Shown: positions 38,207 to 48,961 of the stretch, piece after piece | How positions within the stretch are numbered: the first letter of the stretch is position 1 | Layout of the letters: each line of letters starts with the position of its first letter | Assembly: GCA_963674745.2 (NCBI GenBank) | Contig: CAXXDV010000003.1 | Coordinates: 1,600,001 to 1,664,000, forward strand | DNA length: 64,000 nt | Direction: 5' to 3' | Source: Desulfosudaceae bacterium | Lineage (GTDB): Bacteria > Desulfobacterota > Desulfobacteria > Desulfobacterales > Desulfosudaceae | Translations under genes and position numbers: made by a program | Notes under the pieces: generated by a model | What the model was told of the DNA's origin: nothing | The model's database searches: none | The model's input: the letters and a program-made list of their open reading frames with translations, nothing else

Positions 38207-38397
38207 TGCCGACAGGAGTTCCAGAGATGCTGCCGGGAACCCGTCAGTGGCGCTGAACAATACGAAAAAACAAGAAAATATCTGGGCCACACTTGACTCC
38301 CGCCCTCTTCCGGCTAAAATAAAATGATATCCATCCAAAAAATGAAACATCTTAAAATTATCTCAAAAAAGATATTGACTGCGGGGGGAGAAAAGAG

Positions 38398-39305
38398 ATG
38401 TGGAGGATCATAAAGGGCCTGGCCTGGATTCTTACCGGGGTTGTCGGCGCGCATGCCGGACATTTTATCTATCAAAAGTACTATCTTAAAGATTTTTCCG
38501 GTATGAAATTTTCCGAATCCATTGCCGTAATATCTGAAAGGCTGCTTTATCTGTCGCAGCAATATTATGAAAAGACAATCCCTCTGCTGATGGCTCACAA
38601 ACAAATAACCCTGTCGGTTATCGGCCTGGTGGTCTTCCTGATGCTTGTCTTTATCTGGTTCAAGGTGCGTGCAAAGTCAAAACCCGAAAGGGATTACAGG
38701 GCTAAATTAAAAGAGGCCGAAACCATTGCGGCCAACGCGCAGAAAAAAGCAGCCGCTGAAATGCAAAAAATCGAGGCCTTGAAAAAAGAAATGGCGGCCG
38801 AATTTGAGAACAAAGAAAAATCTCTCGAAAGTGAGGCCGAAACCATTGTGGCGGACGCACAGCAAAAAGCAGCCGATGAAATGCAGAAAGCCGAAAACTT
38901 AAAAAAAGACATATCGGCCGAATTTAAAATTAAAGAACGGGCAATTAAAAAAGAGGCCGAAACCATTGTGGCCAACGAGCAGAAAAAAGCAGCCGTTGAA
39001 ATGCAGAAAGCCGAGGCCTTAAAAAAAGAAATGTTAGCCAAATTTGAAAACAAAGAGAATGAACTTAAAAAAAAGGCCGAAACCATTGTGGCTGACGCGA
39101 AGAAAAAAGCCGCCGCTGAAATGCAAAAAGTCGAGACGTTAAAAAAGAAATGACGGCCGGGTTAGAACAAAAAGAAGAACAGCTCAAGAAAAAAGCCGGC
39201 GAAAAACTGGGCGCCTATGTCGTAAAAATAAACAACCTGGAAAAAGAACTGCTCCGACTGAAAGAGATAAATCAAAACCTGATGCAAAAGCTGAAAACCA
39301 ACTGA
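38398..39305 (+). CDS. Membrane-anchored coiled-coil protein with 40-aa tandem repeats, frameshifted at 39141-39147
   Basis: 120-bp repeats start at 38713, 38833, 38953 and 39073. Frame 0 stops at 39153; the -1 frame continues the repeat to TGA 39305. Confidence 0.75.
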
Positions 39306-39343
39306 AACGCTCAGGGCTTAAAAAGGTTGGGGGGAAATCGATC

Positions 39344-40165
39344 ATGGGAATATTTTTGGAAAAAACAGCCATCATCACCGGCGGGGCTTCGGGCATAGGA
39401 GCGGCGCTGGCCCAGGAACTGGCCCGCCGGGGAGCAATCGTGACGCTCGCTGATGTTAATGCCGAACTGCTTGAAAAGACCACCGCAGCCATAGTCAATG
39501 CCGGCGGTAAAGCCAAAGCAGTACCCCTCGACGTGACGGATTTCGGTGCGGTAAATAAACTTGTCGACGACACCATCTCTGAACACGGGCACCTGGATTA
39601 TCTTTTCAACAACGCCGGTGTCGTCGTCTTATCCGAAGCCCGGGACTATGATTACCATGATGACTGGCGCAAAATTATCGACGTGGACCTTTACGGTCCG
39701 GTCAACGGTGTGGCGGCGGCCTACCCGGTGATGATTAAACAGGGCTTCGGGCATATCGTAAACACGGCCTCGCTGGCGGGGCTGATGCCGTGCGAGCCGT
39801 TCTGTTCTTACACGGTCGCCAAGCACGGTGTGGTAGGACTTTCCCTTACCCTGCGGATGGAAGGCGCGGACCTGGGCGTGAAGGTCAGCGTGGTTTGCCC
39901 CGGTTTGATTGAAACGCCTATTTACAATTCCCGGGTGATCAAACTCGACCGGGAAAAAATGCTCGAAACCGCCCCCAAAGGCATGGCTCCTGAAAAGTGC
40001 GCCCGCTTAATTCTGCACGGTGTCGAACGCAACAAGCCGATTATCGTGGTGACCGTTATGGCCAGGATTGCCTGGATTCTATACCGCATAAGCCCCGCCA
40101 TGATGCTTTGGCTGGGAACAAAATTCGTCAGGCATTTCCGAAAGGAATTGCGGGTCGAGGATTAA
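39344..40165 (+). CDS. Short-chain dehydrogenase/reductase
   Basis: TGGASGIG, NNAG and YTVAK motifs. Confidence 0.95.
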   Translation: MGIFLEKTAIITGGASGIGAALAQELARRGAIVTLADVNAELLEKTTAAIVNAGGKAKAVPLDVTDFGAVNKLVDDTISEHGHLDYLFNNAGVVVLSEARDYDYHDDWRKIIDVDLYGPVNGVAAAYPVMIKQGFGHIVNTASLAGLMPCEPFCSYTVAKHGVVGLSLTLRMEGADLGVKVSVVCPGLIETPIYNSRVIKLDREKMLETAPKGMAPEKCARLILHGVERNKPIIVVTVMARIAWILYRISPAMMLWLGTKFVRHFRKELRVED

Positions 40166-40365
40166 TATATAATAGTGAAGTATTCCAATTTCTTCAAAAT
40201 ATGCTATAATTAAATAATTCAAAAATTTCATAATTTCATTATCGTACTTGTACCATAACAGATTTGCCACAGCTGTAAGTCACGAGGCATAATTGTAACC
40301 GTATTTCCTCAAGAGATCTTGACCTGGAAATGGGATGGTACCAACCAGAATCAGGAGGCGAAAAA

Positions 40366-41367
40366 ATGAAAAAACTGTTTCTTTTGATTTTTATGGTAAT
40401 TCCGGCTGTCATGAATGTGAACGTGGCCCTGGCCGAAAACAACCTGGCAGAAAAAAAAGTGGTTGTTATTTCGGGTATCAGCCAAGCCAAAGCAGATGCA
40501 GCCGGTTATACAGAGGCTTATGAAGGAATCAACAAAGGATTTAAATCGATAGGTATTACACCTCATTACGAATGGGCTGAACTTACGCCTGACAATGATA
40601 AAAATAATCATACGATCGGGGATGAGATGGTGACCAGAGTCAAGGCCATGAAACCGGACCTGGTTATTGCGCTCAGCGACGACTGTCTTCATTATGTCGG
40701 CCTGAAATTCAAGGAGATCCCGGTTGTTTTTGCCTATGTGTTCGGTGATCCCACCAAAATCCCCGGCCTTCCCCAGAAAAACATCACCGGTGTGGTGCGC
40801 CGCAGTTATGCCGGCGATATCTTTGCCCTGGCCAACAAACTGCTCGGCGTTAAGACAGTCGCGTTGATCGGTAAGTACAGTGAAGCCATGGCCGGGGTCA
40901 AAGGCTACATGGCTGCCGGCGCCGATAAGCTGGAAGCAGCCACCGGCGTGCGTTATCTGGACATGTACCTGGTCAACACCTTTGAAGAATGGACAAACGC
41001 GGTCAAGACCACGCCGGCAGAACTTCTCTATCTTACGGATACCAGCCGCCTTATCAAAGGGGATAGAGAATTGACCAGAACGGAAACAACCAGCTGGACC
41101 GTTGAAAACGCCAAGGTTCCGGTGATCGCAGCCATAGAAGGTGATGTTGAGGCCGGCGCGCTTTTTGCGATTTTAACCTCGGTGACCGTCAACGGAGAAA
41201 TGGCCGCCGAGCTGGCAGTAAAAATTCTGTCCGGCACGGCACCGTCGGATATACCCTATAGCCCCAGCACCAAGGGACGGCTGGTTTTTAACGCGACTAC
41301 GGCTAAAAAACTGAACGTGAATATTCCGTACGAAATTCTATCCACCGCTGAAAAAATTTACGAGTAG
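40366..41367 (+). CDS. Periplasmic ABC_sub_bind-type substrate-binding protein
   Basis: Signal peptide; IPVVFAYV, NITGV, GEMAAELAVKILSG and FNATTAKKL motifs. AGGAGG RBS. Confidence 0.85.
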   Translation: MKKLFLLIFMVIPAVMNVNVALAENNLAEKKVVVISGISQAKADAAGYTEAYEGINKGFKSIGITPHYEWAELTPDNDKNNHTIGDEMVTRVKAMKPDLVIALSDDCLHYVGLKFKEIPVVFAYVFGDPTKIPGLPQKNITGVVRRSYAGDIFALANKLLGVKTVALIGKYSEAMAGVKGYMAAGADKLEAATGVRYLDMYLVNTFEEWTNAVKTTPAELLYLTDTSRLIKGDRELTRTETTSWTVENAKVPVIAAIEGDVEAGALFAILTSVTVNGEMAAELAVKILSGTAPSDIPYSPSTKGRLVFNATTAKKLNVNIPYEILSTAEKIYE

Positions 41368-41406
41368 TACGGGTATTGCCGGCAACATAACAAAAAAAGG
41401 TTTTAT

Positions 41407-43296
41407 ATGAGAATTTCACTGCGCAATAAGATTCTTATTCCAACAGTGTTGTTAATCCTTTTCGGCATGGGAACCGCAGCTGTCATTTCCTACATCTCCT
41501 TTTCGAACACTCTGACCGAAACCCGGGTCCAAGACCTGAAACAGACTTCAGGAATGATTGCCAGAATGCTGGATGACTGGTTCCGGGACCGCCAGCTGGA
41601 TGTTCAAAGCTGGTCCCAGCAGAAAATGTATCTTCATGCCGTCCAGGACACTTTCATGGGCCGGGCCGCCAGGTCGGCCAGCAGCGACCAGTTGGCCAAT
41701 CTTAAAAAGAGTTACGGTTATTATGACAACATCTGCCTGGCTGATCAGGCTGGCCGTGTGGTGGCGGCTGCGGATCCGGGGTCTGCCAGAAATATGGTTA
41801 CCGATGAAACCTTTTTCAAAACGGTACTAGACAATGATTCCTTTACTGTATCCCTCGAAAAAGACGCAAAGACCGGCCTCCCCCTTGTAATCATCGCTTC
41901 CCGTATGGAAGGGACGGACCAGGAACCGGGCGTGTTTTTTGCCGTGGTTACCATAGACCGCATAAATTCCCTGTTTATCGACCAGATAAAAATCGGCCGG
42001 ACCGGTTTTGCTTACCTGTATGAGGCAGGTGGACTGATGGTTGCCCACCCGGACCGGCAGCTGCAGCTCAATTATGATCTGAATTCAAATAAAACGTTTA
42101 AAAAATGGAAAGACCTGACCGCAGGTCAGTATATTTCGGGAAGCAATGGAGATAAACGGTGGGTCGCCTTCAACCAGATTCCTTCCATGAACTGGCGGGC
42201 GGCAGTGACTATCTCGGCCGGAGAAGTGCTGGCGCCGGCCAAAAAAATGGGCTTGCTCACCCTTATCGTTACTGTTGTTCTGGTAGGAGCGGCCATATTC
42301 TTTTCCTATCTGCTTTCGCGTTTCATCACCAAACCCATTTTACAGGCAGTTGATCTGGCCGGTCGCGTAGCCGATGGAGATCTTACCGTAAGCATTAAAA
42401 CCCACAGGGGAGATGAGATCGGTCTGCTGACCCGGGCCTTGAGCGATATGACAGGCCGCTTGAGAGATGCCGTAGACCGGGTCCGTTGCGCTGCCGAAAA
42501 TGTTTCGTCGGGCAGTGAACAGGCCAGCGCTTCTGCCGAAGGCTTGTCACAGGGCGCCACAGAACAGTCGTCCCACCTGGAAGAGGTCAGTTCCAGTATG
42601 GAACAGATGATGTCCAATATCAATCAGAACGCGGACAACGCAGCCCAGACAGAACGGATTGCCCTGCAGGCAGCCATGGACGCGGAAGAAGGTGGCTCCC
42701 AGGTACAGGAGACCGTCAGGGCCATGAGGGACATTGCCGAACGGATATCAATTATTGAAGAGATCTCCCGGCAGACCAACCTGCTGGCTTTGAATGCCGC
42801 CATTGAAGCGGCCCGGGCCGGTGAATTCGGTAAAGGGTTCGCCGTGGTAGCGGCCGAGGTCAGAAAACTGGCCGAACGCAGCGGGGAGGCGGCCAAGGAA
42901 ATCGGTGAACGATCCATTAACAGCGTGGATATCGCTGAAAAATCCGGGGCAATGCTGGATAAACTGGTTCCGGATATTCGAAAAACAGCGGAACTGGTTC
43001 AGGAAATCACAGCTTCTTCCAATGAGCAGAAGTCGGGTACAGACCAGATTAACGGCGCCATCAATCAGCTTGATAATGTGGTGCAGCAAAACGCTTCTTC
43101 CGCAGAGGAATTGACTACAACGGCTGAAGGCCTGGCCAGTCAGGCCCAGCAACTCCAGGATGCCATGACCTTTTTCAAAATGGATACGAACCAGGCCGAA
43201 AACCGTTTACCGCCAGGTAAACGTTCGCTGATGATCGGACTTGAGAACAAGAAACCGGGGTCGCCCTTTAAAGTGCAGGATAACGATTTGTTCTAA
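41407..43296 (+). CDS. Methyl-accepting chemotaxis protein (dCache, HAMP, MA)
   Basis: [34 protein letters not shown] signature. Confidence 0.96.
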   Translation: MRISLRNKILIPTVLLILFGMGTAAVISYISFSNTLTETRVQDLKQTSGMIARMLDDWFRDRQLDVQSWSQQKMYLHAVQDTFMGRAARSASSDQLANLKKSYGYYDNICLADQAGRVVAAADPGSARNMVTDETFFKTVLDNDSFTVSLEKDAKTGLPLVIIASRMEGTDQEPGVFFAVVTIDRINSLFIDQIKIGRTGFAYLYEAGGLMVAHPDRQLQLNYDLNSNKTFKKWKDLTAGQYISGSNGDKRWVAFNQIPSMNWRAAVTISAGEVLAPAKKMGLLTLIVTVVLVGAAIFFSYLLSRFITKPILQAVDLAGRVADGDLTVSIKTHRGDEIGLLTRALSDMTGRLRDAVDRVRCAAENVSSGSEQASASAEGLSQGATEQSSHLEEVSSSMEQMMSNINQNADNAAQTERIALQAAMDAEEGGSQVQETVRAMRDIAERISIIEEISRQTNLLALNAAIEAARAGEFGKGFAVVAAEVRKLAERSGEAAKEIGERSINSVDIAEKSGAMLDKLVPDIRKTAELVQEITASSNEQKSGTDQINGAINQLDNVVQQNASSAEELTTTAEGLASQAQQLQDAMTFFKMDTNQAENRLPPGKRSLMIGLENKKPGSPFKVQDNDLF

Positions 43297-43592
43297 ATCA
43301 ATATACGCAAAACAATGATCAAAAAGTAAGGCCTGAAATACCCTTTTTGACCTCAAGTAGGATATTTTTGGTTTTTCCCGGTGTGATTCACGTATTAAAC
43401 AAATACCCTGATGGAGTGTCTTTATTTCGACGGCAACCGACTTGAAGCGCTTTTTTTTGCTTTTTTTTTACAAAAATTGCAAAAAATACCAGGATAAGAT
43501 GTTCCTTCAAAAAGCTTTCAATCGCCATTCACCTGCTGTAAATATTTGAAATAAAAAAACTAAAGAACTGCCCGAAGCGACTCCCCCGGCTA

Positions 43593-43608
43593 TGGCGCAG
43601 AAATTGCT
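43593..43608 (+). promoter_or_regulatory. Sigma54 -24/-12 promoter
   Basis: TGGCGCAGAAATTGCT, 62 bp upstream of the ORF at 43671. Confidence 0.7.
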
Positions 43609-43670
43609 AAATGCATATAACAACACTAGGATTTATACTGGCATAAACGAGAAAGCGGAGGAAACAAACA

Positions 43671-45977
43671 ATGAATATGAATAAAACACACCTTGACACG
43701 CTTCGTTATTCTTGTTTGCTGGCGGTAATCGTCCTCGGGCTTCTGTGCATCATCGGAACCGGTGGTGGTGGCGGTGGCGGGGATGATGACAATGACGGAC
43801 TGGGCATGTATTACCGCGACGGCGACAATGACGGATATGGTGACGCGGCCGCCTCCATAGAAGCCGTTTCCCAGCCGCAAGGATATGTAAACGACGATAC
43901 CGACTGTGATGATAACAACACGGCCATATATCCGGGCGCGGCTGAAGTTTGTGACGACGACATCGACAATGACTGCGACGGGCTGATCGACGAGGGCTGC
44001 GATACGAACACCTGCACCGACTCGGACAAAGACGGTTTTTATGCCCAGGGGGGATGCGGCACGGCGGTCGACTGCAACGACGCCAAAGCAGCCGTTCACC
44101 CCGGCGCTGCTGAAGTATGTGAAGACGGTATCGACAATGACTGCGACGGACTGATCGACGAGGATTGTGCCGATGATGACTGCACCGACGCGGACAATGA
44201 CGGCTTTTTTGCCGAGAGCGGATGCGGCACGGCAGTCGACTGCGACGACACCAAAGCAGCTGTTCGCCCCGGCGCGGCCGAAATATGTGACGACGATATC
44301 GACAATGACTGCGACGGAAACGTCGACGAGGATTGCCCCGACTGCACCGACGCGGACAAAGACGGTTTTTTTGCCGAAGGGGGATGCGATATAGAAATTG
44401 ACTGCGACGACACCAAGGCGGACATTAATCCCGACGCTGACGAAGTCTGTGACGACGGCATCGACAACGACTGCGACGGGGATGTGGACGAAGGCTGTTC
44501 TACCTGCACCGACGCAGATGGTGACGGGTATTTTGTCGAGTCAGGCTGCGGTGATATCTTTTTCGACAGCGTTGACTGCAATGACAACAACGCGGCCATA
44601 TACCCTTATGCCACGGAGATATGTAACGACGGTATCGACAATGACTGCGACGGCCAGGTGGACGAGGCCGATGACTGTTCGGTTGATGCATGCCAGGACG
44701 CGGATGGTGACGGTTATTATAACAAATCAGGCTGCGGCGGAAACGCGATGCTGGAGGGTGTTGACTGCAATGACAACAACGCCTCCATTCGTCCCGGCGC
44801 CACGGAGATCTGCGACGGTATCGATAACGACTGCGATGGACAGATCGATGAAGGCTGCTCGAGCAGTACCTGCACCGACAGGGACAATGACGGCTATTAT
44901 GCCGAAGCGAACTGCGGCAATGCCTTTATCGACGGTGTCGACTGCAACGACAACAACGCGGCTGTGCATCCCGACGCCACGGAAATCTGCAACGACAACA
45001 TCGATAACGACTGTGACGGCCAGGTCGACGAAAACTGCTCTACCGGCACCTGCACCGACGCGGACCACGACGGGTATTATGCCGAGGCCGACTGCGGCAA
45101 CCCGTTTGGCGGCGGTGTCGACTGCGATGACAACAACCCGGCCATTCATCCCGGCGCCACGGAGGTCTGCGACGACAGGCGCGACAACGACTGCGACGGA
45201 CAGGTGGACGAGGGATGTGCCCAGGATACTTTCACCAACTCCCTGGGCATGACCTTCCGGCGGATTCCTGCCGGTACCTTTATCATGGGGTCGGGCAGCG
45301 GAGACACCCCCCACCAGGTCACGATCACCAAAGATTTTTATATCCAGACCACCGAGGTGACCCAGGCCCAGTGGCAGGCAGCCTACGGGGGCAACCCCTC
45401 GTATTTTACCAATTGCGGCGGCAACTGCCCGGTGGAGAGGATATCCTGGAATATAACCCGGTATTTTATCGGCGCCATGAACAAGCGGGGAGAAGGCACC
45501 TACCGGCTGCCGACCGAGGCGGAGTGGGAATATGCCTGTGGGGCCGGCAGTACCACGGCCTTTTCCAACGGCCCGATTACGGATCTTTACTGCGGTTATA
45601 ATGCCAGTTTGAGCACCATCGGCTGGTACTGCTATAACTCGGCGGTAACCTATGCCGGGTGCGATAATATCAGCAGCTATACCGGCCCCGCCTGCGCGGG
45701 AACGCAACCCGTAGCGCAGAAACAACCCAATGCCTGGGGCCTGTATGACATGCACGGCAATGTCACCGAGTGGGTCTCGGACATTTATGCCGCCTACCCT
45801 TCTGAAAGCGTAGTTAATCCCACAGGCGCCGCCACCGGAACCGCCAGGATCTATCGCGGCGGCTGCTGGCACAATTTCGCCCAGGAATGTACCTCCGCGG
45901 TTCGCCATACCAGTTGTCCGGTCGGCACCGATAATGGCCGCGGATTCCGCCTGGTCGTGGTTCCGCCCGGCCAATAG
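43671..45977 (+). CDS. Secreted protein with 8 MopE-like Asp/Cys metal-binding repeats and a C-terminal FGE-sulfatase (CLec-fold) domain
   Basis: DCnD…PGA.EvC.DgIDNDCDG..DE repeats; then IPAGTFIMG, RLPTEAEWEYAC, PNAWGLYDMHGNV.EW and RGG.W…GFRLV. Confidence 0.9.
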   Translation: MNMNKTHLDTLRYSCLLAVIVLGLLCIIGTGGGGGGGDDDNDGLGMYYRDGDNDGYGDAAASIEAVSQPQGYVNDDTDCDDNNTAIYPGAAEVCDDDIDNDCDGLIDEGCDTNTCTDSDKDGFYAQGGCGTAVDCNDAKAAVHPGAAEVCEDGIDNDCDGLIDEDCADDDCTDADNDGFFAESGCGTAVDCDDTKAAVRPGAAEICDDDIDNDCDGNVDEDCPDCTDADKDGFFAEGGCDIEIDCDDTKADINPDADEVCDDGIDNDCDGDVDEGCSTCTDADGDGYFVESGCGDIFFDSVDCNDNNAAIYPYATEICNDGIDNDCDGQVDEADDCSVDACQDADGDGYYNKSGCGGNAMLEGVDCNDNNASIRPGATEICDGIDNDCDGQIDEGCSSSTCTDRDNDGYYAEANCGNAFIDGVDCNDNNAAVHPDATEICNDNIDNDCDGQVDENCSTGTCTDADHDGYYAEADCGNPFGGGVDCDDNNPAIHPGATEVCDDRRDNDCDGQVDEGCAQDTFTNSLGMTFRRIPAGTFIMGSGSGDTPHQVTITKDFYIQTTEVTQAQWQAAYGGNPSYFTNCGGNCPVERISWNITRYFIGAMNKRGEGTYRLPTEAEWEYACGAGSTTAFSNGPITDLYCGYNASLSTIGWYCYNSAVTYAGCDNISSYTGPACAGTQPVAQKQPNAWGLYDMHGNVTEWVSDIYAAYPSESVVNPTGAATGTARIYRGGCWHNFAQECTSAVRHTSCPVGTDNGRGFRLVVVPPGQ

Positions 45978-45984
45978 CACAGGA

Positions 45985-46516
45985 GCGGCAAAAGCGAAGT
46001 GGTCTTCACTGCCGGCCAACAAGTGGTTCTGGGCCTGTTCTTCGGCTGTGAAGGACATCCTGGGTAAGCAGCCGGGAGATGTCCCGCGTATTGTACAAAC
46101 GGACTTTTTACAGAAAATCATAGGGGGTTTCCGCTCCCATGACCATCATGCCATGGCTGATGCCCCATTCGGCCATCATGCCGTTTTCCATCTGGCGTTC
46201 GGCAAAAAAATTTACAACGGGTTTTTAATTTCAGATTCAATCCCGGCCTTATCAAGCGCCCTCTTACGGCCCCGGCACGGGAGGTAACTGCCAGATTATT
46301 TATCTTACCGGCCACCTGCCGAACCTCTTCAAGGTTGTCCATGCCGACACAGGTTAATAACCTGTTGAGCTGAAAATTCAGATGTTCATGGGGATGAAGC
46401 TGGAAAAACTGATCCGGCACCCTGATTTCAGGCAGAGTATGATCATCACGCAGGCCGAAAAATAATACCACGGCCATAGCAGCCGCAATTGCTGACACAT
46501 AATATATTTTTTTCAT
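45985..46516 (-). pseudogene. Internally deleted, scrambled alpha/beta-hydrolase remnant
   Basis: N-terminus LNFQLNR…LEEVRQVA; in other frames EWGISHGMMVMGAETPYDFL*…QDVL, FTAEEQAQNH and LLAGSEDHF. Confidence 0.6.
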
Positions 46517-46840
46517 TTGAATGTTCCTGAGTCCGAAAATTTAATTATAATACCACCGGCAGGTTTCTGAATCAAGGCAAAGGGAATCCTGGAACCAGCG
46601 CTTAACCAACATAACACATTGAACTTAAAGGAAAAAATTAAAATCCCCGCTTGATGTGCCCTTGTAGACGGCCCCTGATTTCTCCCCAACAGCTTGTTTT
46701 CATGAAGAGAGAAAAGGACTCGACGTACTTTACGTCTTGTTTTTCGAACTGTATAGATTTTAATCTGTCTAAAAAGATGGTATAAAAAAAATAGTGTCCA
46801 AAATATCATCATACATAAACTTAGATAGGAGCCCAAGACC

Positions 46841-48892
46841 GTGCAAAAAGATGGCTACACATACCAGGGCGATGTAAAGAAAGTCAGTGTATTTAAAAAA
46901 GTAAAGCATGGACAGGGAACACAGACTTTCTCAGACGGGTCCAGATACGAGGGCGAGTTCAAGGATGATGCTTACGAAGGAAAAGGAACACTGACTTTTC
47001 CGGACGGAAAGAAATTCGAAGGGGAATGGAAAGAAGACCGTTTTTTAAAAGGAACGGTGACTTCCCCGGACGGATCAAAATACGAGGGTGAATGCAAGGA
47101 TGGTCGTCCCTCGGGAACAGGTGTGCTGAATCTCCCGGACGGGAAAAAATACGAGGGCGAATTTACGAATGGCCGTCCCACTGGAAAAGGGATGCTGACT
47201 TTTCAGGATGGGAAAAAATATGAAGGGGAATGTAAGGATGGCCGGCCCGCGGGAAAAGGAATGCTGAGCCTTCCGGACGGGAAAAAATACGAGGGTGAAT
47301 TTAAGGACGGCAGTTTTGTAACCGGAACGCTAAGCCTTCCGGACGGGACAAAATGCGAGGGTGTATTCAAGGGCGGTGCGCTTGTAAAAGGAAAGATGAC
47401 TTCCCCGGACGGGAAAAAACACGAAGGGGAATTTGCGGATGGTCATTTTGTAACCGGAACGCTGAGTCTCCCGGACGGGACAAAATACGAGGGAGAATTC
47501 AGGGGCGATGCGCTTGTTAAAGGGACAGTGACGAATCCGGACGGACAGAAACACGAGGGGGAATGGAATAATGGTGTTCTTGTCAAGGGAATGCTGACGC
47601 TTCCGGACGGCGCAGAATACGAAGGTGATTGCAAGGATGGCAAACCCGAAGGAAACGGGGTAATGACGCTCCCGGATGGACGAAAGTACGAAGGCGAATT
47701 CAAGGATGGGGTGCTTGTAAAAGGAATGATGACGCTCCCGGACGGATCAAAATATGCAGTAGAAAAAAAGGATGAGCATACCTCTGGAACAGGGACGCTG
47801 ACGCTTCCGGACGGAACAAAATACGAAGGTGATTATAAGGATGGCCGTCCCAATGGGAGTGGCGTGATGATGTTCCCGGACGGACGAAAAAGTGAGGGTG
47901 AATTCAGAAAGAGTATGCTTGTAAAAGGTGCGACTACCTATCCGGACGGCACAAAATACGAGGGCGAATGGAAAAAGGGCGTTCTTACCAAAGGCGTGGC
48001 GAAGTTCCCGGACGGGACAAAATACGAAGGCGATTTCATGGAAGATACATACAATGGCGAAGGAATGCTGACGCTCCCGGATGGATCCAAATACGAAGGG
48101 GTATGGAAGAGTGGTGCGCTTATATTAGGGATGGTGACTTCTCCGGACGGCACAAAATACGACGGCGCTTTAAAGGAAGATGCCTACAATGGTAAAGGCA
48201 TACTGACGCTCCCGGATGGGAAAACATACGAAGGAGAATTTGAGGATAACCATCTGATAAACGGGACGGTGACGTTCCCGGACGGGTCAAGATGTGAGGG
48301 AAAATTCGAGGATAACCTTCTGGTTAATGGGACGTTGACTTTCCCGGACGGAAAAATATACGAGGGGGATTTCAAAGAAGGTCTTCTGATAAATGGAACG
48401 GTGACGTTCCCGGACGGCGCGAAATACGAAGGTGATTATAAGGATGGCCGTCCCGAAGGACACGGGACGATGACTTCCCCGGACGGCACAAAATACGAAG
48501 GAGGATATAAGGATGGCCGTCCCGAAGGACACGGGACGATGACTTTCCCGGACGGGTCACAATTCGTGGGAGATTTCAGTGGCGGCAGTCCTCTTGGGAC
48601 GGGTACAGTCACTTTTCCGTCCGGAAGAAAATACGAGGGCGAATTTATGAATTATACCCCCCATGGTAAAGGGACCATGACGCTCCCGGACGGGTCAGAA
48701 TTCGTAGGTGAATGCACAGATGGCGTTCTGATCAGTGGTGCGGTGACTTATCCGAACGGATCGAAATACGAGGGTCAATTCAAGGATTATCGACCGCACG
48801 GGACAGGCACACTGACCTCACCAGACGGGACAAAACACATGGGGGAATTTAAGGATGGTAGTCCTGTAATTCCCAAGCAGACAACTTCCTGA
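46841..48892 (+). CDS. MORN-repeat protein
   Basis: Almost the entire 683 aa consists of ~22-23-aa YEGEFKDG…GTLTxPDG repeats. Confidence 0.9.
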   Translation: MQKDGYTYQGDVKKVSVFKKVKHGQGTQTFSDGSRYEGEFKDDAYEGKGTLTFPDGKKFEGEWKEDRFLKGTVTSPDGSKYEGECKDGRPSGTGVLNLPDGKKYEGEFTNGRPTGKGMLTFQDGKKYEGECKDGRPAGKGMLSLPDGKKYEGEFKDGSFVTGTLSLPDGTKCEGVFKGGALVKGKMTSPDGKKHEGEFADGHFVTGTLSLPDGTKYEGEFRGDALVKGTVTNPDGQKHEGEWNNGVLVKGMLTLPDGAEYEGDCKDGKPEGNGVMTLPDGRKYEGEFKDGVLVKGMMTLPDGSKYAVEKKDEHTSGTGTLTLPDGTKYEGDYKDGRPNGSGVMMFPDGRKSEGEFRKSMLVKGATTYPDGTKYEGEWKKGVLTKGVAKFPDGTKYEGDFMEDTYNGEGMLTLPDGSKYEGVWKSGALILGMVTSPDGTKYDGALKEDAYNGKGILTLPDGKTYEGEFEDNHLINGTVTFPDGSRCEGKFEDNLLVNGTLTFPDGKIYEGDFKEGLLINGTVTFPDGAKYEGDYKDGRPEGHGTMTSPDGTKYEGGYKDGRPEGHGTMTFPDGSQFVGDFSGGSPLGTGTVTFPSGRKYEGEFMNYTPHGKGTMTLPDGSEFVGECTDGVLISGAVTYPNGSKYEGQFKDYRPHGTGTLTSPDGTKHMGEFKDGSPVIPKQTTS

Positions 48893-48961
48893 CCTGCTGC
48901 CGGGTCGCACCACGTAAACTTCTTCATTTATCCACCCTCGCGCGTTACAGATGAGGCTGAA

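Noticed and set aside
44398..45252. Thr-rich 284-aa ORF and the antisense 464-aa ORF (44727..46121)
   Set aside because: These are shadow frames of the GAC/TGC-rich MopE-repeat gene and the adjacent pseudogene.
46513..46836. 107-aa ORF with a hydrophobic N-terminus
   Set aside because: It has no ATG/RBS support or motif, and it occupies the divergent promoter region of the MORN gene.
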